Notes: generated by a model from the sequence alone, not told the origin. Positions 34,410 through 45,462 are shown, counted from the first letter of the whole stretch. The stretch is 63,437 nt of DNA, filler included, from Bigelowiella natans CCMP2755 (GCA_000320545.1; 5 parts of 5 records of this genome joined end to end with filler, not necessarily neighbours in it), one strand, 5' to 3'. Numbers and translations: made by a program.

Positions 34410-37400
34410 ACAGCACAGCACAGCATAATACAGCGCATCCACACCCACTGACCCTATGCAGGTTCTCCCTGGTCGTTGATCCGCAAACATTCCTCATGCA
34501 ACTGGACCGTCGTCCAAGTACATCCTACTCCTCTTGTTGGCCAAGAAGACGTCTTTACCTCCAGCTCGCAAACAAGCCTATCTCTTTCACTACCACAGAC
34601 AGCCCTACTGCCCGGGGTTCAATACAACATCTCTGTATCACTCAGCTACCCTACTGCACCAGGCATAGACACCAGTACCACTACCAGCAGCTTTGTCACA
34701 TTTCATACTAGTGTCACCCGCTTCACACGCATCTCACCTGTGACGGCGCTCATATATGGGGGCAGCTTTCGTATGGTCAATGGTGGAAGGGGTTTGACCT
34801 TGGACGCCTCTGGCTCTACGGACCCGGACAGCGTTCCCCAGGCGATTCACAACTACACGTGGCAAGTCACAGCAGCCAACAGCACCCTGTGCTCCCAAAT
34901 CCCCTCCCCGTTGTGTTCCCTCGCCAATATCACCAGCAACACGAATAACAATAACAGCCCGTCGCTATACCTCCCGCCCTACACTTTTGAGGCTGGCCAG
35001 CGCTACAACGTGACAATGGTGTACAAGGTTGGGTACTATTCAGGAGGTTCGGCCATTGTTCGAGAGGACAGCACGTCGGTGATGGTGGTGGCACTAGCTT
35101 CTCCAATTCCACGTGTGAGTGTGGTATCTGGGAGACCGGACGGATTGCTGCGTTTTTCTGTCGGGGATACCATCATTATTGTCGCGGAGGCATTCCCGCA
35201 CGTCCTCAGTGCAACCGCAGGACCGGACCAGCTCTCTTATTCGTGGTCCTTTGGTCATGATAGCAGCAGCACCAACTCCACGTCTTCCTCCTTATGGTGG
35301 CAGCAAGCCCACGGCACAGACGGGCCTACATTGTCCATCCCCACGCCATCGTTACTATCACAGCACAGCTATAGTCTCATGTTTACTGTGAATGTCACCG
35401 ATGCCCTCGCCAGCACTTACAGTCTCAGCGCTGCAAACATTGATATCGTTCCCACTCCCCGGCTGCTGAATCACTCGTTCTCCCCTCCATCAGGAACAGC
35501 ATATCGTACTCACTTCCACCTTCAAGTCGAGGCAGCCGGGGAGATGCCACTGGAGTACCGATTCGGATATACAACTGCCATGGCTGGGAGTGCGGGTATT
35601 GCAGATCCTCATTTCCGTGTGCAGTTGCTTCGCTCCTACTCGAGCGTCCCATATCTTAACACTACATTGCCCCCGGGGTTCCACGCTGTAACGTCCTCCA
35701 TTCGAGATGTCATCGGCGGTGTCTTCACTAGGATCCTACATGCCAATGTGTCAGTACAAAGGGAAATGGTAACAACAACAATGACCCCAGGAGCAACGAC
35801 GCCGAGAGAGTGTATAAATGCTAATGCAAGTATCGCTCAGATGTGGGCTATTATCCTCGACACGACTGAAGCAACGTCAGCATCTTCATTGGGATTCTGC
35901 TCAGCGCTTGACTTCTCCCTTCATCAGCTGAGGGAGTCCGGGAAACAATCAAGAGACCTTCGCAAGGTTAGATTCCTCTCCGATGAACTTCGAGGGCTGC
36001 CCTTGACAGACACTCCTCTAGTTGAATGCGTATTTCCAAGAGCTAGCGTTGCTCCTATCATCAATCCTTTTGGTTCCTCTGGCTGCCCCGAAGGAGTAGG
36101 AGCTTCTCCTCTGACTTTTCGCGCATTGGCTGGCATTGTCTTCAACAAGTTGTTTTCCCACCTTCGAGAGGTGCTGCTAGACCCCGATGTACCACCACGG
36201 CTGGGAGGGCAGGCCGTGCAAGTGCTGTTTAGCCTATGCCAGATGCCAGTCACCAACTCAACGGTGGTACAAGATCTCGCACAGCTCACAGCAAAGGTCG
36301 TTAGTTTTATTTCGCCGCGCGAGTTGGTGGACACAAGTCAAGGTTCCGCCGGGGAGGATGCTGCTGATGCCATTTCAGCCGTCATGATGCTAGGCAATGA
36401 TTCCTCCTCCGTCTCGACGACGGCAACTACTGACTATGATGATGACAGTATTAGCAAGTGTAGCGGATACAATGATGCCGTGCTCGCTCTCGAGGGGCTC
36501 CTAGACAAACTTGGCAGCGCTATGGTACCAGCCTCTGGGTCAATAACATATGGCACGCGAGCGTTCAACGCTTCGACAAGTAGCCACTTCTCCGACACCG
36601 ACATCTTACTCTCTGCAGCCGGGGCTAGCGCTACCGTCCAGGCGCTTCACCAAACTGACACCAGCACCGATGCAACTGGAGACAATGAGCGACGGCCGTC
36701 GGTCTACGTCTACCTCACCCGAATAGATTCAGCGTTTGGCTGTCGAGAAGTCAATACCTCGGACGGCGGCAGCGGGGGCGCGGGGCTGCAAACGCCGATT
36801 TACGACATAGACGTCAAGAATAACACAGGGAATTATCAAGGAGAGGGAGATGGCAGTCGCAGTATCAGCGGAGAGAGAGGTGGACATACTCGACTAGGCG
36901 GTTCATATATCCTCCTCACGTTACCGATGAAAGGATTTGGGGACGATGCAGCAGCAGGAGGAAGAAAAAGGCAAACGTGCGCCAAAGGTGCAGCAGGTCA
37001 ACTCGGGAGATACCATGCCAATAGCTCTGACACCTTCGGGCTCAGTTGCGAGTTTTGGGATCGAAAATTCAACCGCTGGAACGCAACAGCATGTGTTTTT
37101 GCTGGAACGACTGACGATGGGCAGCTGCTCTGTAATTGCACACACCTCACTGAGTTTGCTGTGATCCGATACTGGGATAGTGAAAAATGTGAAGATGATG
37201 AGGAGCAGGGCGAGTGGAGGATGAGCATCTACATCGCCGCTTCAGGGCTTTACTTCCTCCTCCTTGTTTTTTCAGCCATGCAGCTCGCTCGTCTGAAGTA
37301 TCATTCGTATAACGTCCTCTCTTCCTTAAGTAGCTCAAAAGTTAAAAGCAAAGTGAGACTCGAGCAGACCCATTTGCTCATTGTTGCGATAACCATTGCG

Positions 37401-38687
37401 CGCATTTTTAGCTGCATTATCATGGGACGACTACTGCACCAAAATGGTGGGCGAATAAAGGACACGGAAGCCGAAAAATCGCTACTAGTAATTGCTTCGT
37501 GCTTGCCCTACTCATTCAGCTACTGGTTATTCTCGCTCCTTGTGGCACAATGGCTCGCCATTGTCAGCAATAAGAGCTTGTCGCGGAATCCATTCTCCAC
37601 GGTTAAACCTTACTACATTCTAGTCAATGTATGCGTCGTTGTGCTCGCGTGGGCAATGTTCATACTTATGGTCCTTTCTCGTGATGACTCGGTGCTACTT
37701 GCTGCATCATCAGTATTTGCAATTCTTTTCCTAGCTGTGTCCTCTGGGTTTTGGTACTACGGGCGCTCTCTCCAAGCTAGAGTCGTTGCGACGATTACAG
37801 GGGGCAGCACTCAAATACAAACGAAGAAGGGTGGTGCTGAAGTCGGGGTGGGCAAGAGGCTAGGAGTGGTTGTCACGGTCGTCTCTTGCGCTATTTTTCT
37901 ACAGAGCATCGCGTTCATAATTTCCGCCCTCTTCGCCGCAAACTGGAGTGCACGAGTGGCAACAACAGGATGCTTCTTGCTGCTCGACATCTTCAGTCTA
38001 GCTGCCGTGCTGTGGTTTTTCCGCGATGTCGTTGGTAGAATTGTAGGACCTAAAGAAGGTCAGCTGGGCCGCAGCAGCAGAAATACAAGATTTCTAACAG
38101 AAAGCAAAAGCCAGGGCGGTCAAATTGATTATAGGAGCGATAATGGAGTTTCTATTAGCGACATTGGAGTTTCTTCAAGCATGAGGCAATCTAATCTCCG
38201 CTTCGTTGAGGTCGGTCAGTCAACCGTCCACACAGGAAGATGTTTTGGTGTCTTTTTTGTATCTTCCATTTCACTGGGAAAAAAAAGAAGATTTGAAATG
38301 AAACTCCGAAGTAAATTTCCCTCCTAGGAATTAAAAGGGGAAAATCCAACGAAAATTTCCCCCTGCGATTCGGTATCGTGCCGCATATTAAATCCTGTTT
38401 TGTGTAATCATTCTACCTCCGTTTTCGAACCACTTAGGAAAAAATAGATTCATCTGATATGAAGCAAATGCATTCTTTGTTTTTAGATGACCCCCCGGAA
38501 TCCAATGGGAACAAGCCTTCCAAAAGTTTCAAATGTTAAGGTTAAGATTCTCAACAAAGTCGATGTAGACCTCGGATGCTCATCTTCTGCGACCGCACAA
38601 TCAGTCTCGCGGGTCGTGGATAAATCAACCGCGTCAATTGACCTAGCTGGAATTAAAAGTGGAGTTAGGGATAATGTTCGCGTATAG
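32379..38687 (+). CDS. Adhesion-GPCR/polycystin-1-like receptor: NHL-like repeats, mucin stalk, REJ, GAIN/GPS, 7TM; 5' part in the gap
   Basis: NHL-like VRRISLGSGLVETLAGSG and GYIDGPGSNAR. S/P/T repeat. REJ motifs LTLDASGSTDPD, PPSGTAYRTHF and PLEYRFGY. GPS CEFWD...WNATAC...CNCTHLTEFAV (37047-37166). Seven hydrophobic helices. Last exon 38487-38687. Confidence 0.85.
33541..34015 (+). repeat. Coding tandem repeat: 75-bp unit (APSLSPSSSPSTSPSLSPTTSLPS[M/I]), six full copies plus one partial; mucin-like stalk
   Basis: Near-identical units start at 33541, 33616, 33691, 33766, 33841, 33916 and 33991. Confidence 0.97.
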
Positions 38688-39268
38688 AAAAAGCACAGTA
38701 AAATTAGAATATGCCACGTTTATTTATTTCATATTTTAGAATGAAATAGTCCTCACCTTTGTCCCCACAGTGATTCGACAATCGCAAACAATGCAAGCCA
38801 TGCCTTTTCTCAACACCGCATGACCATAGTACGCTCAGCGGCAGCCACCAGCTCTTGTTGGCTTCTACTTCGCAGTCGTAACCGGTGACAAAATGAGTCG
38901 TTTTTGCGTTGCTTAGCGTTTTTCACAATGACAATGCTAGAATGGCAAGCTAGCAAGTCATTTTTCCAACAAAACTCTATTTCACTCTCGTTTCATTCAT
39001 TGCGAGGGCTACATGCTAGCATGGATCATGCAACACATGTGCAATATGAGATGCACGTTGCATGCATAAACATCGTTTGCACATTGAAAACCAACCCGAG
39101 ACTGTAATGACAGGATCGATCTGCGCCGTTTTCATAGCATGTGCACATGCTAGCATGGTCCATTTCACAATGTAGCTAGATTATTAGCAAACAAGGCGTA
39201 TGCGACAGACATGCTAGCATGAGCGAGCTGCGCACGCGCGCATTTTCGTAAAATAATAGACATGTAAT

Positions 39269-39310
<42 letters not shown>

Positions 39311-39717
39311 GCTGTTACTGTGTCTATAATAAAAGCATTGCTGTGCACTGGAGCAAGCGAACGTAACAGATAGCTGAATTAGTTCAATTGTAGCTGCATT
39401 GATCGAGCCATAAATGAGCATGAGTGGAGGTGGGGCATGTTCTTTATTGTGCTAGCGCTCGCCTGGCGCTTCAGCAACGACTGCTGGTAATATTGTGACT
39501 CGGGACAGGACATTCAAAAGGGATCGGAGACAAGCGCACGTAGACTGTATGTACGTGCAACTCTATGCACAGCTAGCACATTGAGGCACGTAATGACCTG
39601 TGTGTACCTAATGTGCCATGTCAGTCGCTGGATCTTCAACATCATCATTGCATCTACTTGCTTCTTATGAATAATGTGGACTATGCATCCGATCCGGATC
39701 ATATATCATCACCTAAG

Positions 39718-41719
39718 CTACTCATCAGTTTTCTCAACTTCTTCTTTGTTGTCCTTAGGCATGGAGATCCCAAGTGGACGTAGCCCGCAATACTGTCTGC
39801 TTCCAGGCTTCGCATCGTATTGTTGGTGGTAGATCTGTCATGGCATAAGTCAGGGGAGGAGGCGTGGCTCAGAAGATTGAGGATGAAGGGGAAAACGGAT
39901 TTTCTTCAAAAAAATCCTCGCTAATGACGTGATTTGATGACTTCTCTTTCTTGGGGCGGAGTCACAGCACCGAACCCATCAGTATTTTCACTCCGTGCAG
40001 TATGATGTGCATGATTCACCCACTTCGCAGGGCTGCGCGTGGGTTTAAGAGTGATACACTGTTGTTTCTACACCCTTACCTCTGCGTAGTAAAACGCTTT
40101 GGCAGGCTCAACCTGGCGCATGGTGTAGAAGAAGTAGCAGTGAGACGAATCATTGTTTCCTGTCAACTCATATCTTCTTCTCTCAATCGTATACAAATCT
40201 TCACAACCCCCCTCCCCCACCACCTCAACACACAGCGTGTGTACAACCTCCGTTGCAATTTTTCCTTTTCTCTTCTCAGTCAGAGCTGTCTGGTAGCTCT
40301 TTAAGCAACTGTCGATTATATCCTTCTGCTTCTCATCGTAGTAGTAGATGCCACTACGATACCTAATAACGATAATGACAACTACAATGATGATGGTATT
40401 GAACGGTGATTCATAATTGATAAGGGAAAATATAAGGGGAGGAAAAAGGAGGGAGTAGGGTAGCAGAAGCCATGATGATAGAGCGCTGTTTGCATGTTCT
40501 CCGTTATTCTGTAAAGATTCCAAGCCTAAAACAAAAATTGAAGTTCTCTTCCGTACAGCATAGACGGCCGCACCAAAAGCAACTTCCACACAAGACAATA
40601 TCAATCTTACTGGGTGCCTGTATCGTTTCCTTGGCCCATCACTTGCGTAGGATCATGACTCTCAAAGAAAACCTTCAGAATGTTCTTCAACGGGCACTTT
40701 TTCGGATCGTATACTACTCGAGTCACTAATAATACGTGAGTATGGCAAAGGAATTAGGGTGGGGGATGCAACATCAATAATGCTTTTGAAATAATCGCAT
40801 CAGATACATTTGTGGTTTCAACCTTCGTTGTGGTTGGTAGCTCCACTGCAGACCTCCTTGTACGTTGGATTTAACGTGTGTCCTTGCTGGTAACCGACGT
40901 GCGTGCTGATGATGCCGTCCATCTCCCAGAAAAGACTTTCTGAACACCTAAATATACAGGAGGTATATCAAATAAATGAAAGGGATGATTAAATTATCGA
41001 ATTGATTCTCCGGGGACGAAGTAAACGTACCAAAAGCACCCCATTCCGAGGGAAATCATCTCCGACCCATCAGGGAAGGGGGCAGTTAGCGGTCCCTTAA
41101 GAACAAAGTGCTTATCTTTGTTTCTTGGCGCTTCATCGATGGGCTTTGTTCGCCCTGAAACAAGTTGGGGATAAATGGTTTAGGGGGGGGGACGGTGCGT
41201 TTCTTGAATGTCAAAATGGCGATGGCACGTCGACGTGCTATTCGGTGTTCAGGCTTCACCGGGAAGTGTCTTATTCTCAGGCAAGAGAGCTGCAGGCTTC
41301 GAGAAAAGTTTCCACATTGCAGTTCTTTTTCTCTCTCGATATCTTTCTCCACAGTCCTCGCGGGCGCGGAAGTATTTGGGAAGAATGGGTTGTGTGCGCT
41401 TTCGTGGGGAAGCAAGCTGAGCTGCTGTGGTGGCAGTAAGCGAAGCGAATCAATCGTAAGTATAAGATGCGACAAGGTATTTTCATTGTCGCAGGAACCC
41501 TTCCGCCTCGAATGGCGGCCGTCTGACACCGGGTGTGAGGATATTTCTTTCCGAATTCGGGCATTGTTGATGGAGGAAAGCTTGGAAGCATGAGCTTAAT
41601 TTGCATGTCGCAGAGAGGAAATCTCCTGGGTATGATGTGCTACGTGCACACCGGTTCTCGATGCTAAAACTCAGGAAAAACAACGCTGTGCTCGCACAGA
41701 CTGCGCCGGACGATCTCAT
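39718..41719 (-). CDS. msrA: Peptide methionine sulfoxide reductase A with long N-terminal presequence, multi-exon
   Basis: Spliced [84 protein letters not shown]. Start codon inferred. Confidence 0.94.
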
Positions 41720-42034
41720 CGCTAAACACATCTTTCTTCACCTCCCTCCGCAACGAGAACGGCGTCCATGTAATCTTATCTCCGTCATAGCTCATTAGTA
41801 ATGTATCAGGCATCTCCCCATGCAGAATTCAGGCCTTCGAAAATGGAATTGGACAATTGCACGGAAAAGTCGTCTGGCTTGAACGATCACAAGATGCTCT
41901 CGAATTTGAAAGAGATTGTAGGACCAAGGGTCTCATGGCGGAAAATGTACCATTCCCTTTAGAATGAAGGAAGTAAAAATGTAATACATGAGACGGGTGT
42001 AATGAAATGTTTAAATTTTTTCAATTGTCATCCC

Positions 42035-42360
42035 TGTTGCGCGTAAGGTGTTCACAGGCCGAGGCGCTACGTGCACAAGTAGGCAGGGGGGGGGAAAGGC
42101 ACGTTTGCTTCCTTTTGAAGAGTTGTGTTTATTTTTATTAAAGATTATATTTTTATTAAATCGTGCACTGCGTAATCATTCGCGAAGCTTTCGCGAATGC
42201 CGCCGCACGTGGGGCAGCACACTTCCGGTGTGCTGCCATGAGTCCCGCCGGAACCCACGTGCCTATGCTGTATTAATATCTACGTTATCTATATTCTATA
42301 TCCGCGACAACCCCTTTGTTGTCGCACGTGACTTGTGCCCGCGTAGTGGTACGCGCTACA
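42035..42360 (-). repeat. 3' LTR, 326 bp (TGTAGC...GCAACA on the minus strand)
   Basis: Reverse complement of 61593-61919 apart from a visible 1-bp indel. TG/CA termini; AATAAA signals in the sense orientation. Confidence 0.96.
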
Positions 42361-42368
42361 CCTCCCCC
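42361..42368 (-). promoter_or_regulatory. Polypurine tract GGGGGAGG (plus-strand primer)
   Basis: Abuts the TG start of the 3' LTR. Confidence 0.85.
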
Positions 42369-42411
42369 AAGTCACGTTGCTCCTTCCTTCCTTCCTTATT
42401 CCCTTAGACCT

Positions 42412-45273
42412 TCATCGCTTTCGGAACTTCACCAACCACCAGGTAATAGATTCCTCTCTAACCTTATCTCCTTTGTCGCTTACCCAGAACTCACCTTCGT
42501 CCTTAGGTTCGTGTCCATACCAGCCCTCTGCATCAAGGTCCCCCAGGACCTTATACCAGTGCTCAAAGGGTAAGTCGGGAACAGCTAGGTAGAGTAGCTG
42601 ATATTTTCCGTCCTTTATTTTCATAGCTACCCTCTCCATATTTCGTAATCCAGGGTAGCCTAGATAGACAATCTTCATGCGCCAATCGTCGTTCACCCTG
42701 ACCTTATTGTTTCCATATTCCACATCGAACTTAGGTCGGGGTCCTAAACAAGGCATTGCTCGCTCCCACACAGTAGGGTTTACTTTAACATCCTCTAGGA
42801 GCTTCTCACCGATATCATAATTCTTTAGGTGACTGATGTGGCGCAAGGTGACCCTGTTCCCATCATAGATGTAGTACTGCTTCCTCCCCTTCCTCTCGGT
42901 AACCTTTGCAACGCCACCCCAGAAGGGGTCTTGTTTATTTCTCGATCTCAGATTTACCTTGGCCCTAACATACTGTCCTTCCTTTAGAACTCGGCCATCG
43001 TACGGGACCTTCTCGTCTTCGCTCTCGGTATCGTCGTCGTTGTCGTCGCCTTCTTCCCTCTCCTTATCCTTGATACCTCCCCCAGACGTGAAGGTGTCGT
43101 TTACTAACCCTTGTATCTTGTCTGGTGTGGTGCTATTTATCCTGCTTAGGTTGGCCAAGGTGCGGTGGAGTCGCTCTACCTTGGAGTTGGACTGGGCATA
43201 GTATACAGGTGAGGCATCAATATTAGGGTGTGGTAGCTGTAGAAGAGAGGTCTCATTATCCACATGTAACTTCTTTGGTATCTTGTTTATGCTAACTTCA
43301 TCAGGGATAGCCTGGAGCTCAGACTCCCAGGTACGGTAGCAGTTAGTAAGCCTCTGCTTATATAAGCCTTTGTTCTTCTTAGCAACGTTGACCTTGATAA
43401 TCTTTTTAACCCAGCACTTTCCAGTGGCCACATCAACGAAGGTAAGGTAGTGATAGCCATCGTACTTATAAACATCAATTTGCACGATATCTAAGAAGTT
43501 CCTTGCTTTGATTTTCTTAGATGCACGGCTCTTGCTGGACTCCTTGGTGGCGACGCCTGCCGCCTTCAAGCTGGAGCACCTGCAGCCACGCAGGTATGTC
43601 CTTATCTCTTTTAGCTTGTAGGGCCAGTAGTAATGGTAGAGTAGAGCAGTGATATGGTTTTCTCCTACGTGTGCAGGTCCATGGGCGGTAAAGAGAAGGG
43701 CTCCCCTGGTCCGCCGTGGCACGTAGGTACGCCTAACATTATTAGTGTATACATATATCCTATCACTAAGTACCTCATGCTTGTGTTTGTATTTATCCAG
43801 GTGTTCTTGAAGGTGCTGGAGCTCCTCTGGCTCAGGCAGGAAGTCGCCGTCCTCGAAGGTAATCGCGTTAACCATAGGGGTGACCTGGGTAGGGACTTTC
43901 TTTTCGAACAGCCTGCTGAAATAGTCAGCAAGCTGCTTGTCTCCTGGTGCGTAGACCACTGTCCTCTTGTCCCTAAACTCTTCCGTGTCCGCCCTCATAG
44001 CTGCATACTCATCGTTAGGCGCTTCGAGCTTGCGGTCGATGCCTAGGAGGGGCTTGTGGTCAGTCATTAAGGTGAAGCTGGGCACCGACAGCAGGTAGTA
44101 TCTTAGTTTCCTCTGCGCCTCAGTCATGGCTTTATACTCTCCTTTTGTAGGGCTGTACTTGGCCTCAGCTGCTGTGCAGGCCCTGCCCCACACCCGTATG
44201 ATCTGCTGGTCTTGGGTAAGTACAGCAGCCATACCTAGCTTAGACCAGTCTGTCCATAGGGTAGCTGGTCTAGTAGTGTCTAGCTTAGCATTCAATAGGG
44301 TGTTGCTGCATAACTTTATTAGGTTATCGAAGTGGGCATCAAGGCCAGCCTTGGCCCACACCTTAGCGAAGCTGAGGCCTACAGAGTTCTCCTTCCGGTA
44401 AGCAGTAGTAAAAGCAGCTGCAGTCCTAGCGTAGGTAGGGGAGAACCTACGTAGTATCCAAGCTGCAGTCTGCAAGAATGACTTTAACTCCTTTGCATTC
44501 TTAGGTTTAGGGGCTTGCTGTAGTGCTGCTACTTTCTCGGGGTTTGGGGTGATGCGGCCTTGCTCCAGGTAATATCCACACCACTTGATTCTTGTAGCTA
44601 GGAATGTACACTTCTGCAGTCTAATAGTAAAACCGAAGTGTGCAAACCTAATAAATATATTTTCCAGGAGGAAGATCTGAGCGACGACTGTGTTGGTACA
44701 TATTATGTCATCATCCACATACACAAACACAAACACCCACAACACAGACGCCATCCCATCATGTGTGTATGCCCTGTAGTTCTGACTACTGAACGCATCC
44801 CCTGATATGCTTAGGCCGTAAGGGAATACGACGAAGTGCCACTTCCTGTGCCTGCTGGAGAACGCGGTAATGGGGCGGGAGGTTTTGTGGATGGGTGTCT
44901 GCATGTATGATTCATTTTTATCTAGGGAAGAGTAGTATTTGTATCCTATGACGTGTTCAATAACGTCATCTATCCTTGGTGTAGGTGTCTGGATCCTCTT
45001 TATTACTCGGTTGTGGCGGATGAAGTTGTGCGCCAGGCGGAAGAAAGGGTAAGTAGGTTTCTTAGCTAGCACATGTCTCACGTTCCATGGTGAGTTGCTT
45101 GGCTCTATCTTCCCTTCCTTTGCCCATTCATTGATCTGCCACTCTATCTTTTCCCAGTCCGCTTCCGGTCGCCTATGTTCTGGGTCATTGATGATGCACT
45201 CTTCGTATCCCTTCTTTAGCTCGATCTTTACTGGGGTAAGCTTGCTGGAGGGCTTCGTCGTCGCTTGGTGATG
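42412..45273 (-). CDS. pol: Retrotransposon Pol: RT, RNase H, integrase, SH3-like region, C-terminal methyltransferase-like domain
   Basis: The frame stays open upstream of the listed ORF to 45273 (KIEPSNSPWN). RT: FPYGL and YVDD. RNase H: WTDWS, GEYKA, TDHKPL, ADYFSR. Integrase: HGPAH...CRC, IDV, VDN, SNSKVER. Confidence 0.93.
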   Translation of the reverse strand, partial: HHQATTKPSSKLTPVKIELKKGYEECIINDPEHRRPEADWEKIEWQINEWAKEGKIEPSNSPWNVRHVLAKKPTYPFFRLAHNFIRHNRVIKRIQTPTPRIDDVIEHVIGYKYYSSLDKNESYMQTPIHKTSRPITAFSSRHRKWHFVVFPYGLSISGDAFSSQNYRAYTHDGMASVLWVFVFVYVDDDIICTNTVVAQIFLLENIFIRFAHFGFTIRLQKCTFLATRIKWCGYYLEQGRITPNPEKVAALQQAPKPKNAKELKSFLQTAAWILRRFSPTYARTAAAFTTAYRKENSVGLSFAKVWAKAGLDAHFDNLIKLCSNTLLNAKLDTTRPATLWTDWSKLGMAAVLTQDQQIIRVWGRACTAAEAKYSPTKGEYKAMTEAQRKLRYYLLSVPSFTLMTDHKPLLGIDRKLEAPNDEYAAMRADTEEFRDKRTVVYAPGDKQLADYFSRLFEKKVPTQVTPMVNAITFEDGDFLPEPEELQHLQEHLDKYKHKHEVLSDRIYVYTNNVRRTYVPRRTRGALLFTAHGPAHVGENHITALLYHYYWPYKLKEIRTYLRGCRCSSLKAAGVATKESSKSRASKKIKARNFLDIVQIDVYKYDGYHYLTFVDVATGKCWVKKIIKVNVAKKNKGLYKQRLTNCYRTWESELQAIPDEVSINKIPKKLHVDNETSLLQLPHPNIDASPVYYAQSNSKVERLHRTLANLSRINSTTPDKIQGLVNDTFTSGGGIKDKEREEGDDNDDDTESEDEKVPYDGRVLKEGQYVRAKVNLRSRNKQDPFWGGVAKVTERKGRKQYYIYDGNRVTLRHISHLKNYDIGEKLLEDVKVNPTVWERAMPCLGPRPKFDVEYGNNKVRVNDDWRMKIVYLGYPGLRNMERVAMKIKDGKYQLLYLAVPDLPFEHWYKVLGDLDAEGWYGHEPKDEGEFWVSDKGDKVREESITWWLVKFRKR

Positions 45274-45347
45274 TCAGAGTACTTCTCGTTTATATTTTAT
45301 AATGTACTTTTGCCTTTGTCGATATCCCAATCATCAGCTGGGGGGGT

Positions 45348-45447
45348 NNNNNNNNNNNNNNNNNNNNNNNNNNNNNNNNNNNNNNNNNNNNTTAATTAAT
45401 TAANNNNNNNNNNNNNNNNNNNNNNNNNNNNNNNNNNNNNNNNNNNN
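45348..45447. other. Assembly gap with TTAATTAATTAA linker
   Basis: 100-nt block. The true size is probably several kb, because gag/5' LTR and most of the mannosidase gene are missing. Confidence 0.97.
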
Positions 45448-45462
45448 ATATATATATTATAG

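Larger units (their letters stand above)
42035..45347 (-). mobile_element. Ty3/gypsy LTR retrotransposon, 3' half (pol, PPT, 3' LTR); 5' half in the gap
   Basis: RT-RNaseH-integrase order; a polypurine tract directly precedes an LTR bounded by TG...CA. Confidence 0.95.

Noticed and set aside
45260-45347. Apparent frameshift/stop upstream of RT in pol (programmed frameshift or pseudogene?)
   Set aside because: Lies within 90 nt of a contig end, with no clear slippery site, and not at a gag-pol boundary. Most likely a low-quality base call.
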